The translations under genes and the position numbers were made by a program. Positions 31,877 to 41,455 of a stretch of DNA of 64,000 nucleotides are shown here, piece by piece (position 1 is the first letter of the stretch; each line of letters starts with the position of its first letter). The stretch is from the IMG/VR virus record IMGVR_UViG_3300001528_000580, positions 288,001 to 352,000 of that record; one strand, 5' to 3'. A model generated the notes under the pieces. That model was not told the DNA's origin and did not search any database. It was given only the letters and a program-made list of their open reading frames with translations. Source of the stretch: a virus (lineage: Duplodnaviria > Caudoviricetes).

Positions 31877-33472
31877 TTATTTTGTTTCTTCATCTGGTTT
31901 ATTTGAAATTACACATTCTGTTGTTAACATTAATCCTGCAACAGAAGCAGCATTTTGTAATGCACTTCTTGTTACTTTTGTAGGATCAATAATACCGATT
32001 TCTATCATATCAACTTTTTCTCCATTTGATACATTAAAACCTATATTAGAATCTGGTGATAACATTTGCAATTCTTTCAATTCTGAATTAGGCTCATATC
32101 CACCATTTTCTAACAATTGTTTAAATGGTTCAACTACTGAATCAACAACAATAGAAAATCCAATTGATTCATCTTTAGTTAAATGTAAATCTTCAAATGG
32201 TTTTCTTAATGTTTTAAGTAATGCAATACCACCGCCAGGAACCATACCCTCTTCAACAGCAGCTCTTGTGGCACTTAAAGCATCATCAACTCTATCTTTT
32301 CTTTCCTTCAATTCAATCTCGGTAGTAGCACCAACATTTATAACAGCAATTCCACCTGTTAATTTTGCAATGCGTTCTTTCATCTTTTCAATATCGTATG
32401 GTGAATTAGATGATTCAATTTGACTTCTAATTGCTTTAACTCTATCCATTATTGCTTCTGGTGTACCTTTTCCATCAACAATTACAGTATCACCTTTAGA
32501 TACAACTACTTTATTCGCTCTGCCTAAATCTGTAATTTCTGCATTTTCTAATTTCTTTCCCAAATCATCTGTAAAGCATGTTGCTCCTGTCAATGTAGCA
32601 ATATCAGCCAACACTTCTTTCCTTCTATCTCCAAAATAAGGAGCTTTTACAGCACATGATCTTAATGAACCTCTCATTTTATTCATTACTAATGTACTCA
32701 AAACTTCTCCTTCACAGCCATCTGATATAATCAATAATGGCTTTGATTCTTTTGAAACTAATTGTAAAATTGGTAAAACTTCTACCAATGAATTTATCTT
32801 TTTATCTACGACTAAAATAAAAGCATCATCAAAATTAACTGTTTGATTCTCTGGATTTGTCACAAAATATGGTGATAAATAACCCTGATCAAATTGCATA
32901 CCCTGTATAATATTTAAAGATGTTTCAGTTGAACCTGATTGATCTACTGTAATAGTACCATCTTTCCCTACCTTATCCATTGCCTCTGAAATAATATGAC
33001 CAATTTCAGTATCGCCATTAGCTGAAATTATTGCAATTTGTTCAATTTGTTCTCTTGTATTAACAGGAATACTAAACTCATATAATCTTGATACAATTTC
33101 TTTTACTGCATAATCTATACCTCTCTTTATTTCCATAGGATTTGAGCCAGCAGTAACATTTTTTAAACCATTTTTTAAAATAGATTCTGATAAAACTGTA
33201 GCAGTCGTTGTTCCATCTCCTGCAATATCAGCGGTTTTACCTGCAACCTCTTTAACCATTTGTGCTCCAATATTTTCATACGGATCATCAAGAAACACTT
33301 CTCTTGCTACTGTAACTCCATCCTTTGTTATAATAGGGAAGCCATATCCTCTTTCAATAACAACATTCCTGCCCTTCGGTCCCAAAGTTGTTTTAACTGC
33401 TTTACTTAGTTTTTCAACTCCTTTTAATAACTTTTTTCTAACTTCATCACTGTATTCAATTTCTCTTTTCAT
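31877..33472 (-). CDS. groEL: chaperonin GroEL (no GGM tail)
   Basis: TLGPKGRNV, TKDGVTVA, GDGTTTAT, IIDPTKVTRSALQNAASVA. Confidence 0.98.
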   Translation of the reverse strand: MKREIEYSDEVRKKLLKGVEKLSKAVKTTLGPKGRNVVIERGYGFPIITKDGVTVAREVFLDDPYENIGAQMVKEVAGKTADIAGDGTTTATVLSESILKNGLKNVTAGSNPMEIKRGIDYAVKEIVSRLYEFSIPVNTREQIEQIAIISANGDTEIGHIISEAMDKVGKDGTITVDQSGSTETSLNIIQGMQFDQGYLSPYFVTNPENQTVNFDDAFILVVDKKINSLVEVLPILQLVSKESKPLLIISDGCEGEVLSTLVMNKMRGSLRSCAVKAPYFGDRRKEVLADIATLTGATCFTDDLGKKLENAEITDLGRANKVVVSKGDTVIVDGKGTPEAIMDRVKAIRSQIESSNSPYDIEKMKERIAKLTGGIAVINVGATTEIELKERKDRVDDALSATRAAVEEGMVPGGGIALLKTLRKPFEDLHLTKDESIGFSIVVDSVVEPFKQLLENGGYEPNSELKELQMLSPDSNIGFNVSNGEKVDMIEIGIIDPTKVTRSALQNAASVAGLMLTTECVISNKPDEETK

Positions 33473-33494
33473 ATATATTTATATCTCCATTTTA

Positions 33495-33782
33495 TTATTT
33501 TATTACAGCTAAAATTTCATTCGCATTAACAATTCTAAATGTTTCATCTGAATCTTTTATTTCATATCCACTGTGTTTACCTATAACAACAACATCTCCA
33601 ATCAATATGTTTTTAATTGGTATTAAGTCTCCATTAGCATTATAACCTCCTTCTCCTAATTCTACAACTTCAAAACTTACTGGTTGAGTTGCTGAATTAT
33701 CTGGAATTATAATTCCACCTACGTTATTTTCTTTTTTAATTTCCTTTAATAAAACTCTGTTGCCTATTGGTTTTACACTCAT
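33495..33782 (-). CDS. groES: co-chaperonin GroES
   Basis: KPIGNRVL, GGIIIPD, EILAVI. Confidence 0.95.
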   Translation of the reverse strand: MSVKPIGNRVLLKEIKKENNVGGIIIPDNSATQPVSFEVVELGEGGYNANGDLIPIKNILIGDVVVIGKHSGYEIKDSDETFRIVNANEILAVIK

Positions 33783-33816
33783 AAAATAATCTCCTTAGTT
33801 TTTGATTTTGATAATA

Positions 33817-33832
33817 AGCATGTTGTATGCCA
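33817..33832 (-). promoter_or_regulatory. sigma54-type -24/-12 promoter upstream of groES
   Basis: TGGCATACAACATGCT vs TGGCACG-N4-TTGCW with exact GG-N10-GC spacing. Confidence 0.6.
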
Positions 33833-33956
33833 ACTTTAATAACGCAAATACAAAATATTATCTTTGTTGTTTTTGAGTCATTATGTCACAACTTTGTCAC
33901 ACTTGTGTCTATATTATCTATTTATATAATATAACACACAAAAATAAAAAATCAAA

Positions 33957-36900
33957 TTAATTTATAAAAAAGTTCCAACCTGAATTTAATAACTTATCAG
34001 TTATATCACTTGATATATCATAATATGGTGGAATAGGCTTGTTTCTACAAATAAATTTCTTGTTATTTTCATTATTTATATCAATCAATTTTGTTAATAT
34101 TTTTATAATATCATCGTATAATAAATAATTATTACTAATATTTAAATATATTAATTTATTACTAAAATTAACATCAAACCTATTAATAAAATTATCTGTA
34201 ACATCAATATAACTCAAGTTTTCATTTTTGTCAAGATATATGGTTCTTAAATTATTATTATTACAAACAACTTTATTTAAATTTGCACAATTATAAATAA
34301 ACATACTATTCAATTGACATTTTTCAATCACTAATTCATTAAGATTACAATTATCTATAGTTAATGAAAAAATATCTATATTATTAATTTCGACACGATT
34401 ATTTAAATGACATGTAGTTAATATCAATTGCTTTGTTTTATTTAAAATATTTTCTGGAAAATATATTATATCATTAATATTTTTTAAATCAATAGTCCTT
34501 GCAAAGTCAATTTTTAATTTTTTGAAAATATCCATAATATTATTACAATTATCAAATGATAATTTAGATAGATTATTATTTAATAAATTAATTTTAATAT
34601 TATTACAATTTTTAAACTGTATTTCATCTAAAAAGTTATTACATAAATTTACATTTAATAAATTATCAAATGATGAAAATGAGATATTATTTAATAAATT
34701 ATTAGATAAGTCAATATCAGAAATTTCTTTATTTAAATAAATAGATGTTAATTTATTATTAGATGCATATAATATCTTTTGCGTTCCATTCATAACATCA
34801 AGATTGGAAATATTATTATAACTACAATCAATTTTTTCTATTTTATCTGAATAAATGATCAATGATATTAAATCGTTATTAGCACAATGTAAATTTACCA
34901 AATTTTTATCATAAGTTACATTTAAAATAGTCAATTTATTATTTGAACAATTTAAATTATTTAATGATGGAATATTATTCCTTGATAAATTATTATTATT
35001 TTTTACTTTTTCATTGTTATTATAAAAATCTAAATATTTTAAATTACAATTATTACAATATAATTCTTTAAGACAATTATTATTGCAAGAAATATATTCT
35101 AAATATTTTAAATTAGATAAATTCAAATTGGTTAAATAATTATTATTGCAACTTAATAATAACAATCCATCATTATTATTAACTATTAAAGTTTCTAATT
35201 TTTTATTATTACATTCTATTTTAATCAATTTATTATTAGATACATCAATATAATTAAGATTAGAAGCATAATTATTTAATCCAATAACTTCATTTTCTAT
35301 TAAATTATTATTTACATCTAATTTAACTAATTGATTTAAATTACTAATATTAAATGATGATAATTTGTTATTGCTGCATATTAACTCTATTAAATTTTTA
35401 TTATCAGATATAATTAACTCATTTAATAAATTATAAGAACAATCTAAATATTTTAATGATGTTATATTCATTATATTTAATGATGGTAAATAATTATTAT
35501 TTAAAAACATGCTTTCAATAATATTTGAATTACTTAAATTAATATAATCTAATCTATTAAAACTAAAATCAATATATTTTAACTTACTTTTATTACTCAA
35601 ATCTATATGTTTAATCAAATTATTTCTACCATCTATATATTCTAAATTTATATTATGATTTAAATCAATAAAAATAACAGAATTATTATAAAATTTAAAT
35701 ATTTTCAATGCAGGAGAAAGAGAATAGTCAAAATTACTAATTTTATTATCATTACAGATAATTTCTTCTAATTTTCCAGCAAAAGGAGTATTCAATTTAA
35801 ACAATTCATTAAATGATATATCAACAGTTAATAATTCCATATTAGTTGACAAATCAATTTTAGCTATTTTATTATAAGATAAATTCAACTGTTTTAATAA
35901 AAAAGAATTTCTAAATTCTGCTATCTTTAATTTATTATTGTTTAAAACTACACTTTCTAATTTAGGACAATCATTTGCATAAAATTCTTCTAATCCTACA
36001 TTCGGTTTAACAATACTTGTTATATCAGTTCCACTTACATTAACAATTTTAAAATCATCAACATTTGTAAATCCTATAATATCTTCGATTAAATTATAGG
36101 ATATATCTAAATTAATTAGTGAATTGATATTTGTTAAATCTAAATCTTTAATATTATTATGACTACAATTTAATGTTACTAATTTTGTTAATCCTGTTAA
36201 ATCTAATTCACTTATATCATTATAACTAATATCCAAAGTTGTTAAGTTTTCATTATTATATATCTTAAAATCTTTTAATGAACCATTTGTTAATATAAAT
36301 TCAGTTATTTTATTATTATCAATATATAATTTTATTATTGATTTACTTAAATTATCTAATGTAATTATATTATTAAAAGATAAATAAACCTCCTCTAAAA
36401 ACACATTATTAACCAAACTCAAATTAGATACATTATTATATATATTTCTGATAATAATAGAATCAACTGATTTATAATTATCATATAAATATATTGATGT
36501 AATATTATTATCTTGAGAATTATATGATGCAATACTTAATTCACTTCCATCAACAAATGTAATATATGGTTCATATTTGTTATAAAAAGCCTTTTCTTTA
36601 ATATTATCTGAAAAATTTACAATTGTTAAATAACTAATAATATTAACATATGTTACTTTTTCTCCACCACCATCCTCGCTAGAAATAAAAGAAACAAGTT
36701 CTATATTATCGTTTTCTACGCCATTATAAACAACACCTATATCAATATAATTACCATTATACTTTACCTGATCTTTTTCAATTCTATTTTGATTATATCT
36801 TAAAAATTCATTATTTGATAATAATACCTTAAAATCTTCTGATGTCATACCTATGTCAGCATAATAACTTATATTATAAACACTAGATTTATTTAGTATT

Positions 36901-37223
36901 TTATTATATTTTAAATTTGAATTTTCTACATTTAAATATATTAACTTTTCACAATTATTTATACCATTTAAATCAGATAATAAATTATAAGAACAATCCA
37001 AGTATTTTAAATTAACACATTTTGATAAATCAATATTAGTCAATAAATTATGATGACAAATCAAAACTTCAACAGAACTTGGTATATTAAATTCAAAAAT
37101 TTGATTATCTGAACAATCAATATATTTTAGATTATCATTCAATAAGGAATCAATATTAACTAATGATTGTCCAGAGCAAATTAATTTCTCTTCATCTGTA
37201 TAATCATTCTCACTTATCATCAT
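33957..37223 (-). CDS. large leucine-rich repeat protein
   Basis: Dozens of LxxLxCxxNxLxxL repeats. Confidence 0.93.
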   Translation of the reverse strand: MMISENDYTDEEKLICSGQSLVNIDSLLNDNLKYIDCSDNQIFEFNIPSSVEVLICHHNLLTNIDLSKCVNLKYLDCSYNLLSDLNGINNCEKLIYLNVENSNLKYNKILNKSSVYNISYYADIGMTSEDFKVLLSNNEFLRYNQNRIEKDQVKYNGNYIDIGVVYNGVENDNIELVSFISSEDGGGEKVTYVNIISYLTIVNFSDNIKEKAFYNKYEPYITFVDGSELSIASYNSQDNNITSIYLYDNYKSVDSIIIRNIYNNVSNLSLVNNVFLEEVYLSFNNIITLDNLSKSIIKLYIDNNKITEFILTNGSLKDFKIYNNENLTTLDISYNDISELDLTGLTKLVTLNCSHNNIKDLDLTNINSLINLDISYNLIEDIIGFTNVDDFKIVNVSGTDITSIVKPNVGLEEFYANDCPKLESVVLNNNKLKIAEFRNSFLLKQLNLSYNKIAKIDLSTNMELLTVDISFNELFKLNTPFAGKLEEIICNDNKISNFDYSLSPALKIFKFYNNSVIFIDLNHNINLEYIDGRNNLIKHIDLSNKSKLKYIDFSFNRLDYINLSNSNIIESMFLNNNYLPSLNIMNITSLKYLDCSYNLLNELIISDNKNLIELICSNNKLSSFNISNLNQLVKLDVNNNLIENEVIGLNNYASNLNYIDVSNNKLIKIECNNKKLETLIVNNNDGLLLLSCNNNYLTNLNLSNLKYLEYISCNNNCLKELYCNNCNLKYLDFYNNNEKVKNNNNLSRNNIPSLNNLNCSNNKLTILNVTYDKNLVNLHCANNDLISLIIYSDKIEKIDCSYNNISNLDVMNGTQKILYASNNKLTSIYLNKEISDIDLSNNLLNNISFSSFDNLLNVNLCNNFLDEIQFKNCNNIKINLLNNNLSKLSFDNCNNIMDIFKKLKIDFARTIDLKNINDIIYFPENILNKTKQLILTTCHLNNRVEINNIDIFSLTIDNCNLNELVIEKCQLNSMFIYNCANLNKVVCNNNNLRTIYLDKNENLSYIDVTDNFINRFDVNFSNKLIYLNISNNYLLYDDIIKILTKLIDINNENNKKFICRNKPIPPYYDISSDITDKLLNSGWNFFIN

Positions 37224-37238
37224 ATTTATATTTCACTT

Positions 37239-38132
37239 TTATGCTAAAAATTTACGCCATGCTCTTAAAAATTGTGTTTTATACATTTCACAATCCTGTA
37301 AAATTGTATCAAGATTTTGTGTAGAATCCATGCCACCCCAAATTTGAATAGGATTAAATAGTTTAAATGAGTTAAAACCTAAATGTTCTCCCCAAAATTT
37401 AGTAGCTAATTCATTTGATAATGTAACATATGGAACAACTACTTTCAATCCAACATCTAACATATTATATTTGGAATATTCTTCAAATGTTATTGGTTTT
37501 TTATCTATTAATGTTCCTGTACATAAAATTAATACATCCATATCTTTAAACTCTATTCCTAATTTAGATTTTAAAGCTGTAACTGTTGTAAGTAATGGTA
37601 TAACTTCAATCAAGCCACCATCAACAATACATTTGTTTTTATATTCAATAGCTTCAAAATAAGTTGGAGCTGCTGATGTCATTAAAGAAAGTAACTCAAG
37701 AGTAACATCATCATCTTCTGATTTTGATATATTATCAAAAACTTTATATTGATCATCTGTTAAATTTAATGTTGGAATAATTAAATTCAAATGTGAATAT
37801 TTTTTTCTAACATCTTCTAAAATCATATTCCCAGTATACATATTAATAAAACTTTTTAATTGATCATTAGAATATGTTGGACAAGCTAATGGATTAACCA
37901 TAGCCATAAATCTTTTTTTGAAAATTTTATCACCGCCTTCGATAAATCCGTCTAATACATCTTGTGGTTTAGCACCAGCAGCATATGAATTTGCTAATAT
38001 ACCACCAATAGAACAACCTGATAATGTATCTATATCATTTATAAAATCACCAATAAAAGATAAAAATGCTGCTGGAATTATACCAAAAATTCCGCCACCA
38101 GCAATTACAAGAACTTTATGCTTTTTACTCAT
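37239..38132 (-). CDS. patatin-like phospholipase
   Basis: GGGIFG, GCSIG nucleophile elbow, SAAPTYF, DGG. Confidence 0.92.
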   Translation of the reverse strand: MSKKHKVLVIAGGGIFGIIPAAFLSFIGDFINDIDTLSGCSIGGILANSYAAGAKPQDVLDGFIEGGDKIFKKRFMAMVNPLACPTYSNDQLKSFINMYTGNMILEDVRKKYSHLNLIIPTLNLTDDQYKVFDNISKSEDDDVTLELLSLMTSAAPTYFEAIEYKNKCIVDGGLIEVIPLLTTVTALKSKLGIEFKDMDVLILCTGTLIDKKPITFEEYSKYNMLDVGLKVVVPYVTLSNELATKFWGEHLGFNSFKLFNPIQIWGGMDSTQNLDTILQDCEMYKTQFLRAWRKFLA

Positions 38133-38145
38133 TTTATGTTACTCC

Positions 38146-38400
38146 TTAATCCATAATTTCTATAAATGATTTCATTTCATCTGTTTTCAAGCATTCTTTA
38201 ATAGTAAAAGAAACAATTTCACTTATTTCTTTATTATCTACTTTTTGATCTAAATAAACATCCATTTTATCAGGTGCATTTTTACAAGCATCTACTATTC
38301 CAACTATTCTTATTTTTTGATCTGTTGGTATATCTGAACTAATACAACCAGAAACAAACAAAACAGATATACTACATAAAAGCAATAAATATTTTTTCAT
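38146..38400 (-). CDS. predicted lipoprotein
   Basis: MKKYLLLLCSISVLFVSG-C lipobox; AGGGAG RBS. Confidence 0.7.
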   Translation of the reverse strand: MKKYLLLLCSISVLFVSGCISSDIPTDQKIRIVGIVDACKNAPDKMDVYLDQKVDNKEISEIVSFTIKECLKTDEMKSFIEIMD

Positions 38401-38438
38401 TTTTCCATACTCCCTATGTTTTGATATATAAAAAATAT

Positions 38439-38469
38439 AAAAAAAAGCCAGATGATAATCATCTGGCTT
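38439..38469 (-). terminator. intrinsic terminator
   Basis: aagccagatgat-a-atcatctggctt plus U tract. Confidence 0.8.
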
Positions 38470-38491
38470 AAATATTTTAATTAACAATTTT

Positions 38492-38887
38492 TTAATCAAG
38501 TAGATCTGTAATAAAACTCTTTTTTGTTAAATCTTCTTTATTTTTATTTGCTCTATTTTCTGCTGAAACAACTATGTTTTTACTAATAAAAACAATTTTT
38601 TCTCCTAAATCTTTATAATATAATTTAGTAATATATCCAATTCTATTTCCCAATTGAAAATCTTCTAATCTTCCAAAAATATAAGTTTTTGTTGTTTTGA
38701 CAGTTGAAAATTTTTCAACTTCCTTTTCAGTAAATAACAAGCAACGTTCATCTTTTCCATTATCTGCTTCAACCCAACAAGAATAATATTCCTTATTTGC
38801 ATTACTAAACTTAGGTATTTCAGTATTTTTTACTCTAATTAAATATCCAGCTTTTATTTTCATATCTTTATCAATTATTTCTGCCAT
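38492..38887 (-). CDS. hypothetical protein
   Basis: AGGAG RBS before ATG 38887. Confidence 0.6.
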   Translation of the reverse strand: MAEIIDKDMKIKAGYLIRVKNTEIPKFSNANKEYYSCWVEADNGKDERCLLFTEKEVEKFSTVKTTKTYIFGRLEDFQLGNRIGYITKLYYKDLGEKIVFISKNIVVSAENRANKNKEDLTKKSFITDLLD

Positions 38888-38960
38888 AATATCATCTCCT
38901 TCTTTTATATATAAAAAAAATAAAAAATTTTTTATTTTTTTCTTTGTAAAAGGTGGTGTT

Positions 38961-39668
38961 ATGTTTTCACAAAAAATAAAAACTTTCTTAAATAACCACA
39001 ATCCAGAATATAAGTGGAAATTATTTATAATATTTTTATCATTTATGGTAGTTATAAATAGTTTATTTTTATATATAATTCCAGGAACCGATAAAGTAGT
39101 AATAGATCTAATACACTACATTGATTATTTTATTTGTTTTAATTTTTTTATTGATTTTATATGGAGATTATTCACAAGCAAAAACAAATTAAAATTCTTT
39201 TTTACTATTGGATGGATTGATTTATTAGCAAGTATTCCGTATTTGTATTTTTTAAGAATGTGTAAATGTTTTTATGTTTTTTCAATAATAAGAGAATTAA
39301 GATCTTTACAAAGAATATTATCATTTTTATTTAAAAGCAGAATTTCAACAACATTATTATTTTCATTGTTAATGTTTATCACTAGTATATTGGTTTCATC
39401 TATATTGGTATTACATTTTGAACATAATGCTCCAAATGCAAATATACATACAATTACTGGTGCAATGTGGTGGTCTATAAATCTGGCAAGCACTTGTGGA
39501 AATACAGAATTATTTCCTGTTACTGTTTATGGAAAAATGGTTGGAGGTTGTTTAATGGTAATAGGCTATGGATTATTTTCTATGAATGCAGGTGTATTAT
39601 CTTCATGGTTTATGAATAATCTAAATGAATTACATAAAGAAGAAAATAAAGAAGATAATAATACATAA
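38961..39668 (+). CDS. 6-TM Kv-like ion channel with non-canonical filter (STCGNTE)
   Basis: WIDLLASIP (S3), residual S4 arginines, AMWWS pore helix, PVT.YGK (S6 entry). Confidence 0.85.
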   Translation: MFSQKIKTFLNNHNPEYKWKLFIIFLSFMVVINSLFLYIIPGTDKVVIDLIHYIDYFICFNFFIDFIWRLFTSKNKLKFFFTIGWIDLLASIPYLYFLRMCKCFYVFSIIRELRSLQRILSFLFKSRISTTLLFSLLMFITSILVSSILVLHFEHNAPNANIHTITGAMWWSINLASTCGNTELFPVTVYGKMVGGCLMVIGYGLFSMNAGVLSSWFMNNLNELHKEENKEDNNT

Positions 39669-39744
39669 TGGTGGCTATGGTTGGGATCGAACCAACGACA
39701 TCTTCCTTATGAGGGAAGCGCAACTTCCTCTGTGCTACACAGCC
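39669..39744 (-). tRNA. tRNA-Met/Ile2 (CAT)
   Basis: Cloverleaf, anticodon arm CTTCC-CTCATAA-GGAAG, encoded CCA. Confidence 0.9.
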
Positions 39745-39749
39745 TTTTT

Positions 39750-39823
39750 TGGAGCACCATACCAGAATCGAACTGGTGCTTTAACATTGGCAATGTCATT
39801 TGCTACCGCTACAACAATGGTGC
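39750..39823 (-). tRNA. tRNA-Gly (GCC)
   Basis: TGACA-TTGCCAA-TGTTA, U73, CCA. Confidence 0.9.
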
Positions 39824-39835
39824 AATTATCTCGGA

Positions 39836-39912
39836 TGGAGCCATCGACAGGACTCGAACCTGCACAAAGCGGTTTTGCAGACCGCCCCCTTATTCCATTC
39901 AGGCACGATGGC
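39836..39912 (-). tRNA. tRNA-Cys (GCA)
   Basis: GCGGT-CTGCAAA-ACCGC, U73, CCA. Confidence 0.92.
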
Positions 39913-39929
39913 ATATAAATAATTTATAT

Positions 39930-40005
39930 TGGTACTCACGATTGGATTTGAACCAATGACCTTTTCCGTGTTAAAGAAACCATCTAACCGCTGATATACG
40001 TGAGC
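39930..40005 (-). tRNA. tRNA-Val (AAC), A34 anticodon
   Basis: TTTCT-TTAACAC-GGAAA, A73, CCA. Confidence 0.8.
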
Positions 40006-40013
40006 ATATTATA

Positions 40014-40172
40014 TTACCATTTTATTAAATTTTTTTCAATATTATTTTCTATAATTTCTATTTCTTTTTTATATTTTTCCTCGTATTTCTTATCAATAGT
40101 TTTACCATATTCCTTCAAAGAAATTCCATGTTCATCTTCAAATCTTTTCAATATTTCTTTATTTAAACTCAT
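40014..40172 (-). CDS. 52-aa charged hypothetical protein inside tRNA array
   Basis: MSLNKKILKRFEDEHGISLKEY...; AAGGAG RBS. Confidence 0.55.
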   Translation of the reverse strand: MSLNKEILKRFEDEHGISLKEYGKTIDKKYEEKYKKEIEIIENNIEKNLIKW

Positions 40173-40200
40173 AATTATATGCTCCTTCAAAATATATAAA

Positions 40201-40276
40201 TGGTTGGCATGGAAAGAGTCGAACTTTCGTTTAGTGTGTATCAGACACTCGTCTTAAACCGTTGGACGACACGCCA
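40201..40276 (-). tRNA. tRNA with GAT (Ile) anticodon, atypical U1-A72 body
   Basis: AGTGT-CTGATAC-ACACT; acceptor TGGCGTG/CATGCCA; CCA. Confidence 0.8.
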
Positions 40277-40286
40277 TCATAATTTA

Positions 40287-40362
40287 TGGTGCTTGTGGTA
40301 GGATTTGAACCTACGACCTTTTGTTTATCAGACAAACTATCTAACCACTGATATACACAAGC
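40287..40362 (-). tRNA. tRNA-Ile (GAT)
   Basis: TTTGT-CTGATAA-ACAAA, CCA. Confidence 0.9.
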
Positions 40363-40442
40363 ATATAAAATAGAAGTACTTGCTTTATCTCTTTCGATTA
40401 GGCTCAGCCTCATCAACATGAGTTTCCTTTCCTTCTATAAAC

Positions 40443-40517
40443 TGGTGCGCTCTGAGAATTTTGAAATCTCGACTCCCACCTTAAAAGGGTAGTGCTCTGC
40501 CTCTGAGCTAAGAGCGC
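40443..40517 (-). tRNA. tRNA-Lys (TTT)
   Basis: CTACC-CTTTTAA-GGTGG, CCA. Confidence 0.9.
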
Positions 40518-40528
40518 AATATTATATT

Positions 40529-41455
40529 TTAATTATTACAATTTTCTTCAATATATTTTTTAAGTTTTTCCATCTCTATAAAAGTATTTTTCATTAAATC
40601 AATCCATTTTATTCTATAAACTTTCCAACCATGTTCAATTGTATATAAATCTCTAACTTTGTCGTGTTCTATTGCTTCTTGTGTTCTATAGTGTTGACTA
40701 CCATCTATTTCTACATCTATTTTTTCATTAACAAAAGCAAAATCAAAAAAATATTTACCAAATGGCATTTTTTCTTTTATTAAATAATTATCAATAATAT
40801 CAAATTCATATAACATTCTAATAAAAAATTTCTCTGGATAACTTCTATGATTAACATCTAAATTTTTAAAACTCCATCCACGATGACGCAATTCTTCATG
40901 TGCCTTTTTTAAAGAAATTGATATTTTTTGTTTTGTTTGTTCACTATGTTTGTGACACGTTGGTTTTAATTCACCACTTTTATATTTTTCTTTCAATTTT
41001 TCACTTTGCACTCTAATACGTTCATCATTGTTTTTATTCAATCCTTTATTCCAAGTATTTTTTTCTCCGATTTTAACTTGTTCATTATATATTATCAAAC
41101 CAGAATTATTATGTTTTCCAATATTAGATAATCTGTTTTTTTCAATATTACTTGGACAACTATTAGGTGATTTGCAACAACACCATTTACCATTTTTAAG
41201 TTTATATTTTGCTGCAGCTCCACAATAAAAACAAACTTCTGATAATCCAATATCCGATTTTTTCCTAATTTCAATAGGAATATCTTTCAACTTATTAATT
41301 CCACATTCTTTTAATTTTTGCCATTTTTTTGATATTTTTAAACGTATTTTTTCTTTAATAGCCTTGCATTTTCTAGCATTATTTTCACAACACCATTTGC
41401 CATTTTTTAATTGATATTTTGCGTTTTCACCACAATAAAAACAAATATTATCCAT
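40529..41455 (-). mobile_element. homing endonuclease (duplicated Zn finger, NUMOD3-like motif, DUF559/Vsr-like nuclease) inside tRNA array
   Basis: CFYCG..AKY.LKNGKWCC twice; HSEQTKQKIS; FDFA...VEIDGSQH...D..RD....GWKVYRI.W. Confidence 0.85.

Noticed and set aside
33783-33956. CIRCE or CtsR box upstream of groES
   Set aside because: No TTAGCACTC-N9-GAGTGCTAA, and repeats do not fit the GGTCAAA consensus
37239-38132. CBASS operon
   Set aside because: No CD-NTase or Cap genes nearby
39625-40419. ORF-track entries across the tRNA array and other short antisense ORFs
   Set aside because: They overlap clear tRNA genes or longer genes and lack RBS or protein motifs
40371-40437. Hammerhead ribozyme (TGATGAG...CGAAA)
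   Set aside because: Core reads TTGATGA rather than CTGANGA, and stems II and III cannot be formed properly
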